32,000 nt of DNA. Source: Pseudomonas aeruginosa (lineage in GTDB: Bacteria > Pseudomonadota > Gammaproteobacteria > Pseudomonadales > Pseudomonadaceae). The stretch is taken from positions 3,570,001 to 3,602,000 of the forward strand of contig NZ_LN831024.1 of the NCBI RefSeq assembly GCF_001457615.1, written 5' to 3'. Below, in pieces: positions 8,463-18,010 of the stretch (positions within the stretch are counted from its first letter, which is position 1; each line of letters begins with the position of its first letter). Position numbers and translations under genes: made by a program. The notes beneath the pieces were generated by a model that was not told where the DNA came from, ran no database searches, and saw only the letters and a program-made list of their open reading frames with translations.

Positions 8463-9674
8463 ATGAACAACAGCTTCTGGAAGGCCGGCCATGCGCCGAC
8501 CCTGTTCGCGGCGTTTCTCTATTTCGACCTGAGCTTCATGGTCTGGTACGTGCTCGGCCCGCTGGGGGTGCAGATTGCCGGCGACCTGCAACTGAGCACC
8601 CAACAGCGCGCGATGATGGTCGCCACGCCGATCCTCGCCGGCGCCGTACTGCGCTTCCTGCTCGGCCTGCTGGCCGATCGCTGGTCGCCGAAGAGCGCCG
8701 GCATCCTCGCCCAGGTCATCGTCATCGCCGCCCTGGCGGCCGCCTGGCTGCTGGGCGTGAACAGCTATGCGCAGGCACTGCTGCTGGGGTTGTTCCTCGG
8801 CTTCGCCGGGGCATCCTTCGCCGTGGCCCTGCCGCTCGCATCGCAATGGTACCCGCCGCAACACCAGGGCAAGGCCATGGGCATCGCCGGCGCGGGCAAC
8901 TCCGGCACCGTGCTCGCCGCCCTCTTCGCCCCCGGCCTGGCCGCCGCGTTCGGCTGGAACAATGTGTTCGGCTTCGCCCTGCTGCCGCTCGTCCTGACCC
9001 TCCTGGTGTTCGCCATGGTCGCGCGCAACGCCCCGCAGCGGCCGGCGCCCAAGGCCATGGGCGATTACCTGAAAGCCCTCGGCGACCGCGACAGCTGGTG
9101 GTTCATGTTCTTCTACAGCGTCACCTTCGGCGGCTTCCTCGGCCTGGCCAGCACCCTGCCCGGCTATTTCCACGACCAGTACGGCCTGAACCCGGTGACC
9201 GCCGGCTACTACACCGCCGCCTGCGTCTTCGCCGGCAGCCTGATGCGCCCGCTCGGTGGCGCCCTCGCCGATCGCATCGGCGGCATCCGCAGCCTGCTGA
9301 TGGTATACACCCTGGCCGCCATCTGCATCGCCGCGGTCGGTTTCCACTTGCCCAGCGCGATGGCCGCCCTCGGCCTGTTCGTGGTCGCCATGCTCAGTCT
9401 CGGTGCCGGCAATGGCGCGGTGTTCCAGTTGGTACCGCAGCGCTTCCACAAGGAAATCGGCGTGATGACCGGGCTGATCGGCATGGCCGGCGGCATCGGC
9501 GGCTTCTGCCTGACTGCCGGCCTCGGCGCGATCAAGCAAAGCACCGGCGACTACCAGCTCGGCCTGTGGCTGTTCGCCAGTCTCGGCGTGCTGGCCTGGT
9601 TCGGCCTCCACGGGGTGAAGCGGCGCTGGCGCACCACCTGGGGCTCGGCCGCGGTCACCGCCGCGCGGGTCTGA
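8463..9674 (+). CDS. nasA: MFS nitrate/nitrite transporter
   Basis: MNNSFWKAGHAPTLFAAFLYFDLSFMVWYVLGPLGVQIAGDLQLS... and GNSGTVLAALFAPGLAAAFGWNNVFG are NarK/NasA family features. Confidence 0.93.
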   Translation: MNNSFWKAGHAPTLFAAFLYFDLSFMVWYVLGPLGVQIAGDLQLSTQQRAMMVATPILAGAVLRFLLGLLADRWSPKSAGILAQVIVIAALAAAWLLGVNSYAQALLLGLFLGFAGASFAVALPLASQWYPPQHQGKAMGIAGAGNSGTVLAALFAPGLAAAFGWNNVFGFALLPLVLTLLVFAMVARNAPQRPAPKAMGDYLKALGDRDSWWFMFFYSVTFGGFLGLASTLPGYFHDQYGLNPVTAGYYTAACVFAGSLMRPLGGALADRIGGIRSLLMVYTLAAICIAAVGFHLPSAMAALGLFVVAMLSLGAGNGAVFQLVPQRFHKEIGVMTGLIGMAGGIGGFCLTAGLGAIKQSTGDYQLGLWLFASLGVLAWFGLHGVKRRWRTTWGSAAVTAARV

Positions 9675-9676
9675 GC

Positions 9677-11344
9677 GTGGGGCTGCGACTGAGCATCGGC
9701 GAGGCCAGCGCCTGCGGGCCTCGCACGGAAAACCAGGACGCGCTGCGGGTGGTCACCCCGGCGCCGGCCCTGGCCGCCAGCAAGGGACACCTGCTGGCCA
9801 TCGCCGACGGTGTCAGCCAGTGCGCCGATGGCGGCCTGGCGGCGCGCAGCAGCCTGCAAGCGCTGGCCCTGGATTACTATGCGACTCCGGAAACCTGGGC
9901 CATCGTGCAGTCCCTGGACCGCCTGCTGCTGGCGCAGAACCGCTGGCTACAGGCCAACGGCGGCGGCCAGCCGCTGCTCACCACCCTCACCGCCCTGGTG
10001 CTGCGCGGCACCCGCTACACCCTGGCCCATGTCGGCGATTGCCGGGCCTACCTGTGGCGCGACGGCGAGTTGCTCCGGCAGACCAGCGACCACGTCTGGG
10101 AACAGCCGCACATGCAACACGTGCTGACCCGCGCCCTGGGACTGGACCAGCATCTGGTGGTCGACTATCTGGAAGGCGATCTGGAGCCCGGCAGCCAGTG
10201 GCTACTGGTCAGCGACGGCGTCTGGGCGACGCTGGGCGACAGCGGCATCCGCAGCATCCTGCGCAACGCCGAAGAGCCGCAGCGCAGCGCCGAGGCTCTG
10301 GTTCGCGCCGCCCACCTGGCAGGCAGCCAGGACAACGCCAGCGCCCTGCTGGTGCGCGTTGAAGCCGTGCCCGCAGGCAGCCTCGGCGACGCCCTCGCGC
10401 AACTGGGCCACTGGCCACTGCCGCCACCGCTGAAGCCCGACCAGCTCTTCGAAGGCTGGCGGGTCCGGCAGTTGCTCGGCGAATCCCGCCAGTCCCTGCT
10501 CTACCGGGTCGAGGATGGCCAGGGCCAACCCTGGCTGCTGAAGACCCTTCCCGCCGCACGTGCCGACGATCCGCTGGCAACCCAGGCCCTGCTGCTCGAG
10601 GAATGGTTCCTGCGCCGCGTCCAGGGCCGGCATTTCCCCGAGTTGCACGGATTGGTGCAGCGCCAGCATCTGTATTACCTGATGCGCGAGCACCCCGGAG
10701 AGACTCTCGCCGAGCGCTTGCGCAACCATGGCCCGCTGTCGCTGCCGGAGTGGCTGGGGCTGGCCAACCAGCTGCTGCACGGGCTTGGCCAGTTGCATCG
10801 ACGCAACCTGCTGCACCGCGACCTCAAGCCGGAAAATCTCCACCTCGGCCGCGACGGCGAGCTGCGCCTGCTGGATTTCGGCCTGGCCTGGTGTCCGGGA
10901 TTGTCGCGCGAAGACCCCCATCTGCTACCGGGTACGCCCAGCTACCTGGCGCCGGAGTGCTTCTCCGGCACCTCGCCCTCGGTGCGCCAGGATCTCTACG
11001 CCACCGGCGTCTGCCTCTACCAGGCGCTGACCGGGCGCTATCCCTATGGCGAGATCGAAGCCTTCCAGCACCCGCGCTTCGGTCGCCCCGTCCCGCCCAG
11101 CCGCTATCGCCCCGACCTGCCGGCCTGGATCGACGACCTGCTGCTGCGCGCCGTCGCCTGCGACCCCGCACAGCGCTTCGAGACCGCCGAGGAATGGCTG
11201 CTCTCGCTGCAACAGGGAGAAGCGTTGCCGGTCGCGGCGCCCCGCCCATTGCTGGAGCGCGAACCGCTGCAGACCTGGCGCGCCATCGCCCTGCTGTCCC
11301 TGGCCGCCAACCTGGCGCTACTCCTGGTCTGGCTGAAGGGCTGA
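9677..11344 (+). CDS. PP2C-like phosphatase fused to a Ser/Thr kinase, with C-terminal membrane anchor
   Basis: GTG start 2 nt after the nasA stop. PP2C motifs: TENQDAL, LLAIADGVSQ, LAHVGDCRAYLWR, WLLVSDGVWATLGD, GSQDNASALLV. Kinase motifs: HRDLKPENLHL, LLDFGLAW, GTPSYLAPECF. C-terminal helix AIALLSLAANLALLLVWLKG. Confidence 0.9.
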   Translation: MGLRLSIGEASACGPRTENQDALRVVTPAPALAASKGHLLAIADGVSQCADGGLAARSSLQALALDYYATPETWAIVQSLDRLLLAQNRWLQANGGGQPLLTTLTALVLRGTRYTLAHVGDCRAYLWRDGELLRQTSDHVWEQPHMQHVLTRALGLDQHLVVDYLEGDLEPGSQWLLVSDGVWATLGDSGIRSILRNAEEPQRSAEALVRAAHLAGSQDNASALLVRVEAVPAGSLGDALAQLGHWPLPPPLKPDQLFEGWRVRQLLGESRQSLLYRVEDGQGQPWLLKTLPAARADDPLATQALLLEEWFLRRVQGRHFPELHGLVQRQHLYYLMREHPGETLAERLRNHGPLSLPEWLGLANQLLHGLGQLHRRNLLHRDLKPENLHLGRDGELRLLDFGLAWCPGLSREDPHLLPGTPSYLAPECFSGTSPSVRQDLYATGVCLYQALTGRYPYGEIEAFQHPRFGRPVPPSRYRPDLPAWIDDLLLRAVACDPAQRFETAEEWLLSLQQGEALPVAAPRPLLEREPLQTWRAIALLSLAANLALLLVWLKG

Positions 11345-11347
11345 GTG

Positions 11348-11362
11348 GCACCAGCCCGGTGC
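11348..11362 (+). promoter_or_regulatory. NtrC-like enhancer box
   Basis: GCACC-AGCCC-GGTGC, matching the core of TGCACC-N5-GGTGCA, about 100 bp upstream of the sigma-54 promoter at 11449. Confidence 0.65.
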
Positions 11363-11447
11363 GACACGCCCCGGCACGGAGCAGAAAGACCGTGGGGAGC
11401 CCCCGCGTTATCCCTGCAAGGCCATGGAGATAGGCAATAGCGCAAGT

Positions 11448-11463
11448 TGGCACGGCGCCTGCT
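11448..11463 (+). promoter_or_regulatory. Sigma-54 promoter of nirBD-nasC-cobA
   Basis: TTGGCACGGCGCCTGCT: GG (11449-11450)-N10-GC (11461-11462). Predicted +1 is about 11474. Confidence 0.85.
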
Positions 11464-11494
11464 TTGGTTCTCCCGACAATCGACAACAAAGCGC

Positions 11495-11534
11495 CTGCCT
11501 CAACGACGAGGCGGCGTTTCCCGACCGAACGGGA
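11495..11534 (+). ncRNA. ANTAR (NasT) target RNA: twin hexaloop hairpins in the nirB leader
   Basis: P1 CTGCCTC[AACGAC]GAGGCGG (11495-11514), 4-nt linker, P2 TCCCG[ACCGAA]CGGGA (11519-11534). Both loops have A1 and G4. Confidence 0.88.
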
Positions 11535-11541
11535 CCTGGAC

Positions 11542-11578
11542 AAAGGCGTCCTGCTGGCAACAGCGGGACGCCTTTTTT
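11542..11578 (+). terminator. Leader intrinsic terminator upstream of nirB (presumed NasT antitermination target)
   Basis: AAAGGCGTCCTGCTG[GCAA]CAGCGGGACGCCTTTTTT: about 15-bp stem, GNRA loop and U tract, ending about 34 nt before the nirB ATG. Confidence 0.9.
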
Positions 11579-11611
11579 GTTTGCGCCAACCTTATGCAGG
11601 AGCTCCTCCGC

Positions 11612-14062
11612 ATGAAGAAGATCAAGCTGGTGATGGTCGGCAACGGCATGGCCGGGGTCCGTACCCTGGAAGAACTGCTCAAGCTCAACTCGGACTTCTA
11701 CGACATCACGGTGTTCGGCGCCGAGCCCCATCCCAACTACAACCGCATCCTGCTGTCCCCGGTGCTGGCCGGCGAGCAGACCTTCGAGGAAATCGTCCTC
11801 AACGACCTCAACTGGTATGCGGAAAACGGCATCAAGCTCCTCCTCGACCGCAAGGTGGTGCAGATCGACCGGCTTCGCCGCAGGGTGGTCGCCGCGGACG
11901 GCAGCGAGGCCGAGTACGACCGCCTGCTGCTGGCCACCGGCTCGCTCCCCTTCATCCTGCCGATACCCGGCAATCGCCTGCAGGGCGTGATCGGCTACCG
12001 CGACATCGCCGACACCCAGGCCATGATCGACTGCGCCCGGACCCACAGCCACGCGGTGGTGATCGGCGGCGGCCTGCTCGGCCTGGAGGCGGCCAACGGC
12101 CTCAAGCAACGCGGCATGGACGTGACCGTCGTGCACCTCTCCGACTGGCTGCTGGAACGCCAACTGGACCGCACCGCCGGCAAACTCCTGCAAGGCGCGC
12201 TGGAAGCCCGCGGCATCCGCTTCCGCCTGAACACCCAGACCCAGGAACTGATGGACAACGGCAGCGGCCGGGTCTGTGCCGTGCAGTTCAACGACGGCGA
12301 CGTGATTCCCGCCGACCTGGTGGTAATGGCCGCCGGCATCCGCCCCAATACCGAGCTGGCCGAAAGCGCGGGCATCCCCTGCAACCGCGGCATCCTGGTC
12401 AACGACACCCTGCAGACCTACGACCCACGCATCTATGCGGTCGGCGAATGCGCCAACCACCGTGGCATCGCCTACGGCCTGGTTGCGCCGCTGTTCGAGC
12501 AGGCCAAGGTCTGCGCCAACCACCTGGCTCATCTCGGCTACGCCCGCTACCAGGGCTCGGTGACCTCGACCAAGCTCAAGGTGACCGGTATCGACCTGTT
12601 CTCCGCCGGCGACTTCATCGGCGGCGAAGGCAGCGAGACCATCACCCTTTCCGACCCCATCGGCGGCGTCTACAAGAAACTGGTGATCAAGGACGATGTA
12701 CTGGTCGGCGCCTGTCTCTACGGCGACACCGCCGACGGCGGCTGGTACTTCCGGCAGATCCGCGAGAACCACAACGTCGCGCAGATCCGCGACCACCTGA
12801 TGTTCGGCGAGAACGCCCTCGGCGATGTCGGCCACCAGGGCCAGAACAGCGCCGCGAGCATGCCCGACACGGCCGAAGTATGCGGCTGCAACGGCGTCTG
12901 CAAGGGCACCATCGTCAAGGCCATACAAGAACACGGCCTGTTCAGCGTCGACGAAGTCAAGAAACACACCAAGGCCGCCAGCTCCTGCGGCTCCTGCGCG
13001 GGATTGGTGGAACAGATCCTGATCAGCACCGTCGGCGGCGCCGCCGACGTCAAGCCGAAGAGCGAGAAGGCCATCTGCGGCTGCAGCGACCTCAACCACG
13101 GGCAGATCCGCAAGGCCATTCGCGAACACCGGCTGACCAGTCTCGACGCCGCCATGCGCTTCATGGACTGGAAGACCCCGAACGGCTGTGCCACCTGCCG
13201 CCCGGCCCTGAACTACTACCTGATCTCGACCTGGCCGGGAGAAGCCAAGGACGATCCGCAGTCGCGCCTGATCAACGAACGCGCCCACGCCAACATCCAG
13301 AAGGACGGCACCTACTCGGTGGTACCGCGGATGTGGGGCGGCGTGACCAACGCCGCCGAGTTGCGGCGCATCGCCGACGTCGCCGACAAGTACCAGGTGC
13401 CGATGGTCAAGGTCACCGGTGGCCAGCGCATCGACCTGCTGGGGGTGAAGAAGGACGACCTGCCGGCCATCTGGAAAGACCTCGACATGCCCTCCGGACA
13501 TGCCTACGGCAAATCCATCCGCACCGTGAAGACCTGCGTCGGCAGCGAATTCTGCCGCTTCGGTACGCAGAACTCGACGCAGCTGGGCATTGATCTGGAA
13601 CACGACCTGTTCAACATGTGGTCGCCGCACAAGGTCAAGCTGGCGGTCTCCGGCTGCCCGCGCAATTGCGCCGAGGCCGGGATCAAGGACGTCGGCATCA
13701 TCGGCGTGGACTCCGGCTGGGAGATGTACATCGGCGGCAACGGCGGGATCAAGACCGAGGTCGCGGAGTTCTTCGTCAAGCTCAAGACCGCCGAAGAAGT
13801 GCGCGAATACAACGGCGCCTTCCTCCAGCTCTACCGCGAGGAAGCCTTCTACCTGGAGCGCACGGTGCATTACCTGCAGCGGGTCGGCATGGAGCACATC
13901 CGCAAGGCGGTGGTCGAGGACGCGGAAAACCGCAAGGCGCTCAACGACCGCCTGCAATTCGCCCTGTCCTTCGAGCAGGACCCATGGAAGCAGCGCATCG
14001 AACAGCCGCAATTGAAGAAGGAGTTCGAACGGATTCCGCTCAAGCAACTGGAAAACGTCTGA
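11612..14062 (+). CDS. nirB: Assimilatory nitrite reductase, large subunit
   Basis: FAD-dependent N-terminus MKKIKLVMVGNGMAGVRTLEELL, then siroheme/4Fe-4S region TCVGSEFCRFGTQNST...VSGCPRNCAEAGIKDVG. AGGAG RBS. Confidence 0.96.
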   Translation: MKKIKLVMVGNGMAGVRTLEELLKLNSDFYDITVFGAEPHPNYNRILLSPVLAGEQTFEEIVLNDLNWYAENGIKLLLDRKVVQIDRLRRRVVAADGSEAEYDRLLLATGSLPFILPIPGNRLQGVIGYRDIADTQAMIDCARTHSHAVVIGGGLLGLEAANGLKQRGMDVTVVHLSDWLLERQLDRTAGKLLQGALEARGIRFRLNTQTQELMDNGSGRVCAVQFNDGDVIPADLVVMAAGIRPNTELAESAGIPCNRGILVNDTLQTYDPRIYAVGECANHRGIAYGLVAPLFEQAKVCANHLAHLGYARYQGSVTSTKLKVTGIDLFSAGDFIGGEGSETITLSDPIGGVYKKLVIKDDVLVGACLYGDTADGGWYFRQIRENHNVAQIRDHLMFGENALGDVGHQGQNSAASMPDTAEVCGCNGVCKGTIVKAIQEHGLFSVDEVKKHTKAASSCGSCAGLVEQILISTVGGAADVKPKSEKAICGCSDLNHGQIRKAIREHRLTSLDAAMRFMDWKTPNGCATCRPALNYYLISTWPGEAKDDPQSRLINERAHANIQKDGTYSVVPRMWGGVTNAAELRRIADVADKYQVPMVKVTGGQRIDLLGVKKDDLPAIWKDLDMPSGHAYGKSIRTVKTCVGSEFCRFGTQNSTQLGIDLEHDLFNMWSPHKVKLAVSGCPRNCAEAGIKDVGIIGVDSGWEMYIGGNGGIKTEVAEFFVKLKTAEEVREYNGAFLQLYREEAFYLERTVHYLQRVGMEHIRKAVVEDAENRKALNDRLQFALSFEQDPWKQRIEQPQLKKEFERIPLKQLENV

Positions 14063-14114
14063 ATCCCTTGTCCGGGCCGTCCCACGGCGGCCCTCCCCCT
14101 ACCGGAGTGAACCG

Positions 14115-14441
14115 ATGAACTGGCTGGATATCTGCGCCCTCGATGAAATCAACCCGCTGGGCTCGCGCGTGGTCGCCGGCCCGAAAGGCGACATCGCCAT
14201 CTTCCGCGCCGCCGACGACCAGGTCTTCGCCCTCGATGACCGCTGCCCGCACAAGGGCGGCCCGCTGTCCCAGGGCCTGATCTACGGCAAGCGAGTGGCC
14301 TGTCCGTTGCACAACTGGCAGATCGAACTGGAGAGCGGCGAAGCCGTGGCCCCGGACCAGGGCTGCGCCCATCGCCACCCGGTGCGGGTGGAGAACGGAC
14401 GGGTGCTGCTCGGCCTGGACAGCGTGGCGCTGTGCGCCTGA
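14115..14441 (+). CDS. nirD: Nitrite reductase small subunit (Rieske-type)
   Basis: DDRCPHKGGPLSQGLIYGKRVACPLHNWQIELESGEA contains Rieske CxH...CxxH motifs. Confidence 0.95.
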   Translation: MNWLDICALDEINPLGSRVVAGPKGDIAIFRAADDQVFALDDRCPHKGGPLSQGLIYGKRVACPLHNWQIELESGEAVAPDQGCAHRHPVRVENGRVLLGLDSVALCA

Positions 14442-14467
14442 TCTCTCGCCGATAACAGGAGCCGAGC

Positions 14468-17215
14468 ATGTCGACAGATTCCCCGCTGCGCACCACCGCT
14501 TCGACCTGCTGCTACTGCGGCGTGGGTTGTGGCGTCCTGATCAAACACGACGGCGAACGCATCCTCGGCGTGCAAGGCGACCCGCGGCACCCGGCCAACT
14601 TCGGCAGACTCTGCAGCAAAGGCGCCAGCCTGCACCTGACCGGCGACCTCCAGGCCCGCGCGCTGTACCCCCAACTGCGTCTCGGCAAGCAACTGGCGCG
14701 GGCTCGCAGCGACTGGGAGAGTGCCCTGGAACATGCCGCCGGGCGTTTCGCCGAGACCATTCGCGAACACGGGCCGGACAGCGTGGCCTTCTATATATCC
14801 GGCCAGTTGCTGACCGAGGACTACTACGCCTTCAACAAGCTGGCGCGGGCCCTGGTCGGCACCAACAACATCGACAGCAATTCGCGCCTGTGCATGTCCT
14901 CGGCGGTGGTTGGCTACAAGCGCAGCCTGGGCGCCGACGCACCGCCCTGCTGCTACGAAGACCTCGACTGCGCCGATTGCGTGCTGATCGCCGGCAGCAA
15001 CATGGCCTTCGCCCACCCGGTCCTGTTCCGTCGCCTGGAGGCCGCCAAGGCCGCTCGCCCGGAGATGCGCATCGTCGTGATCGACCCGCGGCGCACCGAC
15101 ACCTGCGAGCTGGCCGACCTGCACCTGGCGCTGCTGCCCGGCACCGACGTCGCACTGTTCCACGGCATCCTGCATATCCTGCTCTGGGAGGACTGGATCG
15201 ACCGTTCGTTCATCGCCGAGCATACCGAAGGTTTCGCCGACCTGAAGGAACTGGTGCGCGACTACACCCCGGCCGCCGTCGCCGACATCTGCGGCATCGA
15301 CCGCGCCGACCTGCAGCGCTGCGCCGAATGGATCGGCCGTTCGCCGCGCTTCCTTTCGCTCTGGTGCATGGGGCTCAACCAGTCCAGCGCCGGCAGCGCC
15401 AAGAACAGCGCACTGATCAACCTGCACCTGGCCACCGGCAAGATCGGCCGCGCCGGATGCGGGCCGTTTTCCCTCACCGGCCAGCCGAATGCCATGGGCG
15501 GTCGCGAGACCGGCAGCCTGGCCAACCTGCTGCCCGGCCACCGCGAAGCCGCCGATCCCGGCCATCGCGCCGAGGTGGCGCACTACTGGGGTGTGGAACA
15601 GTTGCCCACGTCCCCCGGTCTCAGCGCCATCGAGCTGTTCGATGCGGTCCACGACGGCCGGATCAAGGCGCTCTGGATCGCCTGTACCAACCCCGCGCAA
15701 TCGCTGCCGGACCAGCGCAAGATCCACGAGGCCCTTGCCCGCTGTCCCTTCGTGGTGGTCCAGGAAGCCTTCGCCGGCACGGAAACCTGCCAATACGCCG
15801 ACCTTTTGCTTCCAGCCGCATCCTGGGGAGAAAAGGAAGGCTCCGTGACCAATTCGGAACGGCGGGTCAGTCATGTCCGTCGGGCCGTTCCGCCCCCCGG
15901 GGAAGCACGCCAGGACTGGAACATCGTCTGCGACTTCGCTCGCCGCCTGGAAGGGCACCTGCGGCCCGCTAAACCCGGCCTGTTCGCCTTTGCCGACAGC
16001 CGCAGCCTGTTCGACGAATACAAGCTGCTCACCGCCGGGCGCGACCTCGATCTTTCCGGCCTCAGCTACGCACTGCTCGACCGCCTGGGGCCGCAGCAAT
16101 GGCCATTTCCCACTGGCGCGGAGCAAGGCACCGCACGGCTCTATGCAGACGGCCGCTTCCCTACCGCCTCGGGACGCGCGCAACTGGTCGCCGAACCCTA
16201 CCGCGCCGCCCAGGAAAAACGCGACGCGCGCTACCCGCTGACCCTCAATACCGGACGCTTGCGCGACCAGTGGCACGGCATGAGCCGGACCGGCACCTGC
16301 GCACGCCTGTTCGGCCATGAAGAGGAGGCCCTGGTGCACCTGCATCCCGAGGAACTGCGCCGCCGCCAACTGCGGGACGGGCAGCTCGTGCGCCTGAAGA
16401 GCCGGCGTGGCGCCCTGGTCCTGCCGGTGAGCGCAGACGACTCGGTGCGCCCCGGCCAGGCCTTCCTGCCGATGCACTGGGGCGATCGCTTCCTCAAGGG
16501 CCTGGGCTGCAATGTCCTGACCCTGCCGGCGTTCGACCCCCTGTCGAAACAACCCGAACTCAAGCACGCCGGGGTTCAGGTCGAGTCCGTCGAACTGCCC
16601 TGGCGCCTGTTCGCGCTGGTGGAAACCGATATCCAGGCGCGTTTCGAGGCCCTCCGTGCGCTGTGCGAAGTCTTCGACCACGCCAGCTTCAGTCTCGCCG
16701 GACGCGAGCGCCCCGCCCTGCTGGTCAGCGCCGCACACCATGAGGCACCTGGCGCAGACCTGCTGGAGCGGATAGATCGCCAACTCGAATTGCTCGACGG
16801 GCCGATCCTCGCCTACGACGACCCACGGCGGGCCATCGGCAAGCGCGTGCGCCTCGAAGACGGGCGCATCGTCGCCGTCCGGCTCGCCGGCGAAACCCTC
16901 GCCCGTGACTGGTTGAAAGAGCTCTGGCTTACCGGCCGGGCCGATAGCGAGCTACGCCGCTGGCTGCTCGCCCCACTCGGCGCGGCACCGGGACGACCCA
17001 GCCAGGGTGCGGGCGGCAAGACCCTGTGCAGTTGCCAGAACGTCAGCCAGCAAACGGTGCTCGGCGGCATCGCCCGCGGATTGGACCTGGACGGATTGAA
17101 GCGCGAGTTCGGCTGCGGCACCGGCTGCGGCTCCTGCGTACCGGAAATCAAGAGACTGCTGGCGGCCCCCGGCCCATGGCAGCGAATGCCTGAGGAGAAC
17201 GACGATGAGCGGTAA
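14468..17215 (+). CDS. nasC: Assimilatory nitrate reductase catalytic subunit (4Fe-4S, molybdopterin, C-terminal BFD-like 2Fe-2S)
   Basis: TCCYCGVGCGVLIKHDGERILGVQGDPRHPANFGRLCSKG. C-terminal LCSCQNVSQQTVLGGIARGLDLDGLKREFGCGTGCGSCVPEIKRLL. Confidence 0.94.
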   Translation: MSTDSPLRTTASTCCYCGVGCGVLIKHDGERILGVQGDPRHPANFGRLCSKGASLHLTGDLQARALYPQLRLGKQLARARSDWESALEHAAGRFAETIREHGPDSVAFYISGQLLTEDYYAFNKLARALVGTNNIDSNSRLCMSSAVVGYKRSLGADAPPCCYEDLDCADCVLIAGSNMAFAHPVLFRRLEAAKAARPEMRIVVIDPRRTDTCELADLHLALLPGTDVALFHGILHILLWEDWIDRSFIAEHTEGFADLKELVRDYTPAAVADICGIDRADLQRCAEWIGRSPRFLSLWCMGLNQSSAGSAKNSALINLHLATGKIGRAGCGPFSLTGQPNAMGGRETGSLANLLPGHREAADPGHRAEVAHYWGVEQLPTSPGLSAIELFDAVHDGRIKALWIACTNPAQSLPDQRKIHEALARCPFVVVQEAFAGTETCQYADLLLPAASWGEKEGSVTNSERRVSHVRRAVPPPGEARQDWNIVCDFARRLEGHLRPAKPGLFAFADSRSLFDEYKLLTAGRDLDLSGLSYALLDRLGPQQWPFPTGAEQGTARLYADGRFPTASGRAQLVAEPYRAAQEKRDARYPLTLNTGRLRDQWHGMSRTGTCARLFGHEEEALVHLHPEELRRRQLRDGQLVRLKSRRGALVLPVSADDSVRPGQAFLPMHWGDRFLKGLGCNVLTLPAFDPLSKQPELKHAGVQVESVELPWRLFALVETDIQARFEALRALCEVFDHASFSLAGRERPALLVSAAHHEAPGADLLERIDRQLELLDGPILAYDDPRRAIGKRVRLEDGRIVAVRLAGETLARDWLKELWLTGRADSELRRWLLAPLGAAPGRPSQGAGGKTLCSCQNVSQQTVLGGIARGLDLDGLKREFGCGTGCGSCVPEIKRLLAAPGPWQRMPEENDDER

Positions 17216-17942
17216 GGTCTGGCTGGTGGGTGCGGGTCCCGGCGATCCGGAACTGTTGACCCTGAAGGCAGTTCGCGCCCTGCAGGACGCGGATGTGGTG
17301 ATGGTCGACGATCTGGTCAACCCGAGCATACTGGAGCACTGTCCGTCCGCCCGGCTGGTCCGGGTCGGCAAACGCGGCGGCTGCCGCTCCACACCGCAGG
17401 ACTTCATCCAGCGCCTGATGCTGCGGCATGCCCGCCAGGGACGCAGCGTGGTGCGCCTGAAAGGCGGCGATCCATGCATCTTCGGCCGCGCCGGCGAAGA
17501 AGCCGAATGGCTGGCCCGGCACGGGATAGACAGCGAGATAGTGAACGGCATCACCGCCGGGCTGGCTGGCGCCACTGCCTGCGGCATACCGCTGACCTAC
17601 CGCGGCATCAGCCGCGGCGTGACCCTGGTGACCGCGCATACCCAGGACGACAGCCCGCTGGCCTGGGAAGCCCTGGCACGCAGCGGTACCACGCTGGTGG
17701 TCTACATGGGCGTCGCCCGTCTCGCAGAGATCCAGGCCGGGCTGCTGGCTGGAGGTATGGCCGAGGATACGCCGCTGGCGATGATCGAGAACGCCACCCT
17801 GGGCAACCAGCGCGAATGCCGCAGCAACCTCGGCGAGCTACTGCGGGACGCCGGACGTTTCGCCTTGAAAAGCCCGGCGATCCTGGTGATCGGCGAAGTA
17901 ACCCGCGACATCGTGTCGCAACCGATTTCCCTGAGCGCCTGA
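17205..17942 (+). CDS. cobA: Uroporphyrinogen-III C-methyltransferase (siroheme pathway)
   Basis: VWLVGAGPGDPELLTLKAVRALQDADVVMVDDLVNPSILEH, VVRLKGGDPCIFGRAGEEAEWLAR. Overlaps the nasC 3' end by 11 nt. Confidence 0.95.
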   Translation: MSGKVWLVGAGPGDPELLTLKAVRALQDADVVMVDDLVNPSILEHCPSARLVRVGKRGGCRSTPQDFIQRLMLRHARQGRSVVRLKGGDPCIFGRAGEEAEWLARHGIDSEIVNGITAGLAGATACGIPLTYRGISRGVTLVTAHTQDDSPLAWEALARSGTTLVVYMGVARLAEIQAGLLAGGMAEDTPLAMIENATLGNQRECRSNLGELLRDAGRFALKSPAILVIGEVTRDIVSQPISLSA

Positions 17943-17965
17943 CGAGCGGTCTTTTTCCAGGCAAA

Positions 17966-17993
17966 GAAAAACCCGGCCTGGGCCGGGTTTTTC
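17966..17993. terminator. Bidirectional terminator between convergent cobA and oprF
   Basis: GAAAAACCCGGCC TG GGCCGGGTTTTTCC. Confidence 0.9.
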
Positions 17994-18010
17994 CTTAGAG
18001 GCTCAGCCGA

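Noticed and set aside
8333-9676. N-terminal extension of the phosphatase-kinase ORF back through nasA
   Set aside because: The 448 codons upstream of GTG 9677 are out-of-frame nasA sequence; the PP2C-like domain begins directly after 9677.
11455-11498. Upstream hairpin GCTTTG...CAAAGC and direct repeat GCGCCTGC near the nirB leader
   Set aside because: Its left arm overlaps the sigma-54 -12 element, upstream of the predicted +1 (11474), so it should not exist in the leader RNA.
11408-14047. 879-aa minus-strand ORF antisense to nirB
   Set aside because: Same GC-driven antisense open frame; the opposite strand encodes an unmistakable NirB.
14282-16783. 833-aa minus-strand ORF antisense to nasC
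   Set aside because: Antisense to intact NasC with cofactor motifs; no family-like motifs in the antisense product.
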